NCBI GenBank assembly: GCA_050246915.1
Contig: JBFWVD010000044.1
Coordinates: 1-45,421 of the forward strand
Direction of reading: 5' to 3'
DNA from: Acidimicrobiia bacterium
Lineage (GTDB): Bacteria > Actinomycetota > Acidimicrobiia > Acidimicrobiales > Ilumatobacteraceae
Length of the DNA stretch: 45,421 nucleotides
Shown: piece after piece, positions 17,572 to 25,014 of the stretch
How the letters are laid out: every line of letters starts with the position of its first letter
How positions within the stretch are numbered: position 1 is the first letter of the stretch
The notes under the pieces: generated by a model
Seen by the model: the letters and a program-made list of their open reading frames with translations, nothing else
Databases searched by the model: none
What the model was told of the DNA's origin: nothing
Program-made: the position numbers and the translations under genes

Positions 17572-19980
17572 TCACACATCGACCTCGCTCACCGCAGCTT
17601 GCACCGGCCGGTCACGCGGCAGCACGTCGAAGATCGATGGCGGTTCGGTCCACACATCGCGCTGCGGCACGTTCGACTGTTCGGCGCGGCGAGCCGCGTC
17701 GATGGCGCGCCAGACCCGCTCCGGAGTGCACGGCATGTCGACATGCCGCACCCCGAGATGCGTCAGCGCATCGACGACCGCGCTCTGCACCGCAGGAGTC
17801 GAACCGATGGTGCCGGACTCTCCGATCCCCTTGGCGCCCAAGGGGTTCAGCGGTGTCGGGGTCTGAGTGTTGAAGGTCTCGAAGCTCGGGAGTTCGGCCG
17901 CGCTCACCATCGCATACTCCGCCAGCGTCGACGTGAGCGGATTGCCGTCCTCGTCGTAGACGAACTCCTCGAACAGCGCCTGTCCAATACCGGAGGCGAT
18001 GCCGCCGTGCTGCTGCCCGGCCACGATCATGGGGTTCACCACGGTGCCGCAATCGTCGACGGCGATGTGGCGCAACAACTCGACCTTGCCGGTCTCGGTG
18101 TCGATCTCGACGACGGCGACGTGCGCGCCAAAGGGGAAGGTCGCGCCGCCCTGCGCCTGATCGAGGGCCACCGACAGCGGTGATCCTGACGACTCGAGTT
18201 CGTGTCGGGCGATGTCTGCCCAACTCACCGTGCGCGCCGGCACTCCCGCGACGCCGAGGGTCCCGTCACCGACGACGATGATGTCGGCCGGATCTGCCTC
18301 GAGAACCCGCGCCGCGATCTCGCGTGCCCGCACCACCATCTCCCTCGACGCCATCAGGACGGCCGATCCACCCAACTGCAGTGAACGCGAACCGCCCGTG
18401 CCCCCGCCGCGCGGCACCAACGCCGTGTCGGACTGCACGTAGCGGATGTTGTCGAGGTCGATGCCGAGCGTGTCGGCTGCGATCGTGCCAAAGGTGGTGG
18501 CGTGCCCTTGTCCGTGTCCGGACGTGCCAACCGAGACCGTGGCCGTGCCGTCGACCTCGATGACGACGCTGGCGTACTCCTGTCCCGACCCGCCGGCGGT
18601 GATCTCCACGTACGTCGAGACGCCGATGCCGATCTGCTTCACATCTGCGCGTTCACGCCGTTGCTGCTGTTCGCGACGCAGCTCGGCGTATCCCGCTCGG
18701 TCGAGTGCCTCGTCGAGCGACGCCCTGTAGTCCCCGACGTCGTAGCGGGCACCGGTGACCGTGGTGTACGGGAACGCATCCGAGCTCAACAAGTTCTTGC
18801 GCCGAATGTCGACCGCGTCCAGAGACAGTTCATGAGCGGCCATGTCCATGATGCGTTCCAAGAACGCGGCGGCCTCGGGGCGTCCCGCACCTCGGTACGC
18901 ACCGGTGGGCGTGGTGTTGGTGACGGCGACCGCACCGCTGAAGCTGATCTTCGGGATCTCGTAGGGGCCTTGTGCCATGAGTCGCGTCGGCCCGATGGCA
19001 AGACGACCACCGAAGCCGGCATAGGCACCCCCGTCGCCGATGACGCGAGCCCGCATCCCGGTGATGCGTCCAGCGCGGGTGAACCCCATCTCGATGTAGT
19101 GCACCTGGGCGCGACCATGTGGTTGCGACAGCAGGTGCTCGGAACGGGTGTCGGCCCAGGCGACAGGACGAGCGAGGCGCAACGCTGCGGCGATGGCCAC
19201 GAAGTGCTCGGCGAGGACGCCGACCTTGCCGCCGAACCCTCCACCGACGTGCGGGGCGATGACCCGGAGCGAATCGGGGGACAGACCCAAGGACCTGGTG
19301 GCGAGGCGCAAGAAGCCATGCGGCTGCTGGGTCGACAGATGAACGGTCGCCACGTACGGATCGGCGGGATCGATGGCGGGAACGACGGTGATGGCGTTGC
19401 CTTCCATCGGCATGATCGCCAACCGCTGGTTCACGAACCGGCCACGGACGATCACCTCGGCGTCGTCGAGCGCCCCATCGTGGAGCGTCCAGTCATCGTC
19501 GAGCAACGATGCGGCCAGGTTGCGGTCGACGTCAGCGAACAACAGCGGCGCGCCGGGAGCGAGTGCATCCTCGGGGTCGACGACAGCCTCGAGCGGCGTG
19601 TAGTCCACATCCACGACGGCGGCGCCGTCAGCGGCCGCGACCTTCGACGTCGCCACCACGACGGCGACGGCCTCGCCGACATAGCGGACGCGATCGACCG
19701 CAAGCGGCGGTTGGGCGATGGAGGGGTGCAGCACCACGCCGAACAGATTGAAGCGCGGCAACTGGAGATCGGCCGCCGTGTAGACGGCCACGACGCCATC
19801 GACGGCGAGCGCCCCGTCGATGTCGATGGCCCCGAGTTCCGCATGCGCATACGGACTGCGCACGAACGCCAGGTGGAGCAGACCGGGGATCCGGAAGCTG
19901 TCGACGAAGGTGGTGTGACCGGTGAGCAGATCGGGGTCCTCGACGCGGATGACGGACGTTCCGATGAGTGATCCGGGCAT
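17572..19980 (-). CDS. Xanthine dehydrogenase/CO-dehydrogenase large-subunit family molybdopterin enzyme (form II CoxL-like, AYRGAGR motif)
   Basis: 802 aa, aldehyde oxidase/xanthine DH a/b hammerhead plus MoCo-binding domains. Active-site loop reads TGAYRGAGRPE (form II/putative type, not the VAYRCSFR of true CODH). Confidence 0.85.
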   Translation of the reverse strand: MPGSLIGTSVIRVEDPDLLTGHTTFVDSFRIPGLLHLAFVRSPYAHAELGAIDIDGALAVDGVVAVYTAADLQLPRFNLFGVVLHPSIAQPPLAVDRVRYVGEAVAVVVATSKVAAADGAAVVDVDYTPLEAVVDPEDALAPGAPLLFADVDRNLAASLLDDDWTLHDGALDDAEVIVRGRFVNQRLAIMPMEGNAITVVPAIDPADPYVATVHLSTQQPHGFLRLATRSLGLSPDSLRVIAPHVGGGFGGKVGVLAEHFVAIAAALRLARPVAWADTRSEHLLSQPHGRAQVHYIEMGFTRAGRITGMRARVIGDGGAYAGFGGRLAIGPTRLMAQGPYEIPKISFSGAVAVTNTTPTGAYRGAGRPEAAAFLERIMDMAAHELSLDAVDIRRKNLLSSDAFPYTTVTGARYDVGDYRASLDEALDRAGYAELRREQQQRRERADVKQIGIGVSTYVEITAGGSGQEYASVVIEVDGTATVSVGTSGHGQGHATTFGTIAADTLGIDLDNIRYVQSDTALVPRGGGTGGSRSLQLGGSAVLMASREMVVRAREIAARVLEADPADIIVVGDGTLGVAGVPARTVSWADIARHELESSGSPLSVALDQAQGGATFPFGAHVAVVEIDTETGKVELLRHIAVDDCGTVVNPMIVAGQQHGGIASGIGQALFEEFVYDEDGNPLTSTLAEYAMVSAAELPSFETFNTQTPTPLNPLGAKGIGESGTIGSTPAVQSAVVDALTHLGVRHVDMPCTPERVWRAIDAARRAEQSNVPQRDVWTEPPSIFDVLPRDRPVQAAVSEVDV

Positions 19981-19996
19981 GGATCGACGTTATGGG

Positions 19997-21556
19997 ATGC
20001 ACGCAGATCGCGACGACCGACCCGAGGACCTACAGTCGAAAACGATGTTCCCCGAGACCGACGATCAGATCCGAGTGCAGAAGGCGAGCGAACTCGTCGC
20101 GGATCGGATCCGCCGACGGATCGTGCGCGGGGACCTCCCCGTGGGCACCCGCCTCCCGCCAGAGGAAGAGCTCATGGCGTCGTTCGGGGTGGCGCGGACC
20201 ACATTGCGCGAGGCCCTACGGGTCCTCGAGGCACAAGGCCTCCTTCGGATTCGTCGCGGTCGAGGTGGGGGCGGGGTCGTCACCCTTCCCACGCTCACCC
20301 AGGCCAGCGAGACGCTGGGGGCGTACCTCCAGCTGAATCGGGTCCGGCGCGGCGATCTCGATGACGCGAGGCTGATGTTCGAGCCGGCGTTGGCGGCCAA
20401 CCTCGCCCGAACACAACGGCCCGAGGACCTCGCCGTGCTCGACGGTTTCGTCGACGCGGCCTCGCAAGCCGCTGCTGCTGATGACCGACCGGCGTTCGGC
20501 GCCGCGGCGGCAGGACTGCACATCGCCATCGTGGAGCGCGGCGGCAACATCACCTTGGCCACGCTCGGAGCTCTGCTCGTCGATCTCGCCAGTTGGCGAT
20601 ACGCGACCGGGGCGAGCCAAGCCACCAAGGAACAGATGCGGCGGGCCGCGAAGTCATACGCGAAGTTGACAGCGTTGGTCCGTTCCGGCGACCCGGAACT
20701 CGTGCAGGCGCATTGGCATTCGCAGTTGAGCTATCTGGCCACTCGCGACTCTGATCGCGAGATCGGCCTCGACCTCACCGGCACGCGTGAGAGCACCAAC
20801 TCCGCATGGTTCGGTCCCGTCGGCGCACCGGGCGCGAGCGCGCCAGAGGTGAAGACGAGCCGCCTCGTCGCCAACGAGTTGCGGAGGCGGATCCTGTCCG
20901 GACAGTTGCAGATCGGCGATCGACTCCCGGTGGAGGAAGAGCTCACCGCGGCGTTCGGGATCGCCCGCACCACGCTGCGCGAAGCACTACGCATCTTGGA
21001 GGCGGCCGGTTTGATCACCATCCGCCGTGGACGCGGTGGCGGCGGCACGGTGACGCTCCCGTCGCTCGAGCATCTCGCGCTGCCGATCGTGACCGTGCTG
21101 CAGATGCAGCACACGACGCTCGGCGATCTCGGCGCTGCCCTCGAGATCATCGAGCCCCAGCTGGCCGGGCAGCTGGCCGTCACGCGCACTGCCGCTGACC
21201 TCGCGGCCATGAACGCCATCGTGAGCCGAGCCTTCATCGCTGCCGCGCAAGAGGACAACGCCGAAACGCGTCTCGCCAACTTGGCCATGCATCGCCTGGT
21301 CATCGAACGCGCCGGCAACACCACCGTGACGGGCCTCATGACCCTCATCAACGATGCGGTGACTCGCAGCTTGGTGTACTCGACCGCAGAGACGAGCCCG
21401 GACCAGCTGACCATCGTTGCCAAGTCATTGCGACGCCTCGTGAGCATGGTGCAAGCGGGCGACGCAGCTGGGGCGACCGAACATTGGAAGCGACACCTCG
21501 CCGTGCTTCGTCACGTTCGAAAGAGCGTCGCCGACGTGGAGATCTACGACCTCTGA
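19997..21556 (+). CDS. Single-chain tandem GntR/FadR-family regulator (two complete HTH + FCD modules in one polypeptide)
   Basis: Two successive GntR winged-HTH segments (…LPPEEELMASFGVARTTLREALRVLEAQGLLRIRRGRGGG… and …LPVEEELTAAFGIARTTLREALRILEAAGLITIRRGRGGG…), each followed by an ~130-aa helical FCD-like domain. The start is uncertain (ATG 19997 or 20045); the 19922 start would overlap the divergent CoxL-like gene. Confidence 0.7.
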   Translation: MHADRDDRPEDLQSKTMFPETDDQIRVQKASELVADRIRRRIVRGDLPVGTRLPPEEELMASFGVARTTLREALRVLEAQGLLRIRRGRGGGGVVTLPTLTQASETLGAYLQLNRVRRGDLDDARLMFEPALAANLARTQRPEDLAVLDGFVDAASQAAAADDRPAFGAAAAGLHIAIVERGGNITLATLGALLVDLASWRYATGASQATKEQMRRAAKSYAKLTALVRSGDPELVQAHWHSQLSYLATRDSDREIGLDLTGTRESTNSAWFGPVGAPGASAPEVKTSRLVANELRRRILSGQLQIGDRLPVEEELTAAFGIARTTLREALRILEAAGLITIRRGRGGGGTVTLPSLEHLALPIVTVLQMQHTTLGDLGAALEIIEPQLAGQLAVTRTAADLAAMNAIVSRAFIAAAQEDNAETRLANLAMHRLVIERAGNTTVTGLMTLINDAVTRSLVYSTAETSPDQLTIVAKSLRRLVSMVQAGDAAGATEHWKRHLAVLRHVRKSVADVEIYDL

Positions 21557-21859
21557 CCTCGGGCCTTGCCATTCGCGCGCAACGCTGGTGCCATCGTCAA
21601 CTTCAATTGACAACGACGCAGTGCCCAGGATGACTCGAGCGGAGCTGTGACTCAACGCATGCGCTCCAACCGTGCCTTGGCCCCGAAACCAGCATCGCGC
21701 CGGGCGTTCTAGGGGTCGCCACATTCGCTTCGGATCGGGCAAGCTTCACCGGTGAGCAAGCGGTGGGCGACCCGTCGGCGAGCGCAGATCGCTGAAACAC
21801 CAGGTGCTCATCCAATCCGCCTGCGACGTGGCATCGCCTCGCGTCTTCGGCTCGGAACC

Positions 21860-22285
21860 ATGACACAGGTCTACGCGTACGGCGCACTTGGGCTTTCGGT
21901 CTACTGGTCGCCTTCGGTGTTCACATCGGATCTGTACTCCACCCGTGACCGATGGCTGTTGGCGCTGGCAATCGTGGGATTGCTCGCCGTGCGCGTCGCC
22001 ATCGCCACAGACTGGGTAGAGGCAACATCGAGCGGCCTCACGTGGCGATCGATCTTCGTGAGACGCCACTTGCCATGGTCCGACATCACGTCCCTCCAAC
22101 TCGGGGAGCCAACGAACTCCGGCATCCACGGGCACGCCCCCGACGCTCTTCGAGTGAACGGCCCCCGCTTCATCGGCGGTCACTTCGCGGTCCACACATC
22201 GATTCAATGCCGCAACGAGGCAATAGAGGACTTCATCGCCGCCGCAACCGAACTTCGACTTACCGCGATGAACATCGAAACGTAG
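21860..22285 (+). CDS. Hypothetical membrane protein (two TM helices + PH-like/DUF304-like C-terminal domain)
   Basis: Start at MTQVYAYG, two hydrophobic helices. GC3 is somewhat lower than in neighbouring genes. No family assigned with certainty. Confidence 0.35.
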   Translation: MTQVYAYGALGLSVYWSPSVFTSDLYSTRDRWLLALAIVGLLAVRVAIATDWVEATSSGLTWRSIFVRRHLPWSDITSLQLGEPTNSGIHGHAPDALRVNGPRFIGGHFAVHTSIQCRNEAIEDFIAAATELRLTAMNIET

Positions 22286-22436
22286 GACTGAGCACCGGGT
22301 AGCCGACACTTCCCACCGCGTGAATGAGCACATCCCCGTCGATCCACGGCGAAACCTCCCGTGACAAGCGTTTGACAATCGACCAGCCCGCGGCGGCATC
22401 GAGCGTGGCCAGCCGACACGAAACCGCAGGTAGAGC

Positions 22437-22512
22437 TGGTGGGCCGCCTGGGACTCGAACCCAGAACCAGCGGATTAAAAGTCCGATGCTCTGCCAATTG
22501 AGCTAGCGGCCC
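22437..22512 (-). tRNA. tRNA-Lys (anticodon UUU)
   Basis: Reverse complement reads GGGCCGCTAGCTCAATTGGCAGAGCATCGGACTTTTAATCCGCTGGTTCTGGGTTCGAGTCCCAGGCGGCCCACCA. 7-bp acceptor stem, D-arm, anticodon loop CTTTTAA (UUU), T-arm GGTTCGAGTCC, encoded CCA. Confidence 0.85.
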
Positions 22513-22666
22513 GCGTCCGAGCGAGCTCGGCCGACTGGGACCAGGTTAGGTGCAGGCCGACGCTCGGATGGCAACCGATTCGGGCCAGCCGGCGCCGACC
22601 CTGGTTCAGCGGCCGAGACGCCGGGCACTTCGCGGCAATGGACACGGCACCGGAGCCTCCCCGACG

Positions 22667-22909
22667 ATGACTGACTACGTCATCCCTGACCCCGAGCCCA
22701 AGGAGATCGACGAGCGCCTCGCCATCGAGTTGCGCCATCTCGCCGACAACGCCGTGCTGAAGGGCGCCCCATCGGGCAACGAGAAGTGCGACAACTGCCT
22801 CTACTACCTCGAGAACTCCGCAGAGATCTCCTACTGCTGGCACCCCAAGCTGCGCATCCTCGTGGGATCACAATGGTGGTGTCAGTGGTGGGAACAGATC
22901 CCCACCTGA
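22667..22909 (+). CDS. Small Cys/Trp-rich protein (80 aa; CxxC…C…WWCQWW), hypothetical
   Basis: ATG with GGAGC RBS about 10 nt upstream and very high GC3. Four Cys (CDNC, YCWHP, WWCQWW) suggest a metal-binding knuckle. Confidence 0.45.
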   Translation: MTDYVIPDPEPKEIDERLAIELRHLADNAVLKGAPSGNEKCDNCLYYLENSAEISYCWHPKLRILVGSQWWCQWWEQIPT

Positions 22910-23060
22910 ACCAAGAGCGTCAAGTGTGATTGACGCCGAGCGAAGATGGCGCACTTTCGCACCTATGCGGTGGAAAACTGCAACAAGTTAGAAAACCGAC
23001 GTTCGCCAACCGACGTTCGCCGGCCGACAACGCCGACCGACAACGCCGACCGGTCACAAA

Positions 23061-23081
23061 GCCTGCGCAGCCAGCGAGGCT
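23061..23081. terminator. Short GC hairpin (AGCCAGC-GAG-GCTGGCT) in a convergent intergenic region
   Basis: Read directly; it lies between the 3' ends of the small Cys protein gene and the deacetylase gene. There are also 13-14-bp direct repeats (ACCGACGTTCGCC x2, CCGACAACGCCGA x2) at 22995-23050. Confidence 0.3.
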
Positions 23082-23084
23082 GGC

Positions 23085-24875
23085 TCAGTTGTTGATGACC
23101 GACAACGCGTCGCGCACGGTACGAACGGAGATCCCGCTCGACGCGATGCGATCCAGATAGGCATTGAACATCGATGGCGAAGAGTCATAGGTAGTCGGGC
23201 TGTCCACGATGTTGTGGAACACCAAGATGAGCCACGTATTGCTCGAGCGCGCCTGATTCACCCACGACTGAACCTGATCGACCGATGTCGTGTTCAACAC
23301 GTTCTGCACCTGCAGGCGATATGGATCAGTGGCCCGTGGATAGTTGAAGCCCGACTCCACGGTGCGATGTGAGCCGTACACAGATCTGATGTCGTCGAGA
23401 ACACCAGCTCCAAAGTACTCACCGTACGGTGACGCGAAGTTCGAGATGCTCACTCCGAGCTGCGACTCCAGGTCCGATCGCGACTGTGCGAGTTCACGAT
23501 GCCGCGCCGAGGCGCTGAGCGTCGGCAGATGCGGATGGGAGATGGTGTGTGATCCGATCTCGTTCCCCGCGTTCATGAGCTGTCGCACTTGCGAGACGTT
23601 CATGTAGGGCGAACTCTGGAAGCCAGACAGGACATAGAACGTCCCCGTCATACCGTGGGCTTGCAGCCTCGGCAATGCAGCGGTGAGGTGGGAGAGCCAG
23701 CCGTCGTCGAAGGTGAGCGACACCATCCCGCCAGAGATCGGACCACCCCCGCCACCCGGGGGTCGAGTGGTGGTGGTCGTCGACGGCAATGTGGTCGTCG
23801 TCGGTGGGCGCGTCGTGGTGGTCGGCGGGACCGTCGTGGTCGTGGTCGGTGGGCGCGTCGTGGTGGTCGGTGGGACCGTCGTGGTCGTGGTGCTGGTCGT
23901 CGTCGGCGGGAGCGTCGGCTCGACCGGTTCGTCGGCGAGAAGGCCAGCGATCGGCACGTACCCGACAACGTCCATCACCACATGCGCAGAACCCGCAAAG
24001 TTCCCAACCGCAACACCACCACCAACACCAACCTTCGCCACCACCAAATTCGCGACCGTCGCACCAGCAACCACATTCACCGACGACGCCACCGGCTCAA
24101 CCTCACCAGCCGGCCACACCGTCACATGCGAACCATCCGACGGCTCCACCACCGTCACATTCACCACAACCGCCGCCACACCCGACAACGGCACACCACC
24201 ACGACCCAACAACCCGAACACCACCGGCGAACCAGCAACCACCGGCCCACCACCAACACCCCCACCATCAACCGTCACACCACCAGGCCGCGTATCCACC
24301 ACACGCGCCGGCGACAAAACACCAAACCCAGAACCCGTCGGCACATACCCGACAACGTCCATCACCACATGCGCAGAACCCGCAAAGTTCCCAACCGCAA
24401 CACCACCACCAACACCAACCTTCGCCACCACCAAATTCGCGACCGTCGCACCAGCAACCACATTCACCGACGACGCCACCGGCTCAACCTCACCAGCCGG
24501 CCACACCGTCACATGCGAGCCATCCGACGGCTCCACCACCGTCACATTCACCACAACCGCCGCCACACCCGACAACGGCACACCACCACGACCCAACAAC
24601 CCGAACACCACCGGCGAACCGGCAACCACCGGCCCACCACCAACACCCCCACCATCAACCGTCACACCACCAGGCCGCGTATCCACCACACGCGCCGGCG
24701 ACACCGGGACGATCGACGGTGTCTCGACGGCCGCGGCCGGCCGCTGATCGACGCCGACCACCGACACGAGCGACGCGGCCAACAAGGTCAGCACCACGGC
24801 CACGAGCACTCGAACCGGGGGTGCGGAACGACGCTCAGATGCGTCGGCCGCCAGGGGGGTTGTCCGCCTCGACAT
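23085..24875 (-). CDS. Secreted polysaccharide deacetylase (CE4/NodB domain) with two N-terminal 129-aa repeat domains and a Thr/Pro linker
   Basis: Signal peptide. Two identical RVVDTRPGG…VNVTVV…HVTVWPAG… modules. Linker (TTTTVPPTTTTRPP)n. NodB motifs TFDDGW and HTISHP in the C-terminal domain. ATG at 24875 (a TTG at 24884 is also possible). Confidence 0.75.
   Translation of the reverse strand: MSRRTTPLAADASERRSAPPVRVLVAVVLTLLAASLVSVVGVDQRPAAAVETPSIVPVSPARVVDTRPGGVTVDGGGVGGGPVVAGSPVVFGLLGRGGVPLSGVAAVVVNVTVVEPSDGSHVTVWPAGEVEPVASSVNVVAGATVANLVVAKVGVGGGVAVGNFAGSAHVVMDVVGYVPTGSGFGVLSPARVVDTRPGGVTVDGGGVGGGPVVAGSPVVFGLLGRGGVPLSGVAAVVVNVTVVEPSDGSHVTVWPAGEVEPVASSVNVVAGATVANLVVAKVGVGGGVAVGNFAGSAHVVMDVVGYVPIAGLLADEPVEPTLPPTTTSTTTTTVPPTTTTRPPTTTTTVPPTTTTRPPTTTTLPSTTTTTRPPGGGGGPISGGMVSLTFDDGWLSHLTAALPRLQAHGMTGTFYVLSGFQSSPYMNVSQVRQLMNAGNEIGSHTISHPHLPTLSASARHRELAQSRSDLESQLGVSISNFASPYGEYFGAGVLDDIRSVYGSHRTVESGFNYPRATDPYRLQVQNVLNTTSVDQVQSWVNQARSSNTWLILVFHNIVDSPTTYDSSPSMFNAYLDRIASSGISVRTVRDALSVINN
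23945..24718. repeat. Near-perfect 387-bp tandem duplication (2 copies) inside the deacetylase gene
   Basis: The two DNA copies differ at only a few positions; each encodes one 129-aa RVVDTR-type domain. Confidence 0.85.
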
Positions 24876-25014
24876 GAACGACAACCTACGCGCCGCCCAC
24901 TACCGAATGGCGGCGGTTCACAGATTCGCCACACAATGCAGGGGTTCCACCCAAGATCGTCCCGATCGTCTCAAGAACCCTTGACGGAGAGCGTCAGACG
25001 GCCGACAGCAGGAC

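Noticed and set aside
18502-19971. 489-aa + strand ORF
   Set aside because: It is antisense to the CoxL-like gene.
22437-22512. Integrated mobile element at tRNA-Lys
   Set aside because: No integrase, recombinase, phage or transposase ORF was seen, and I could not spot a duplicated tRNA 3' end. Only a softer genomic-island hypothesis is reported.
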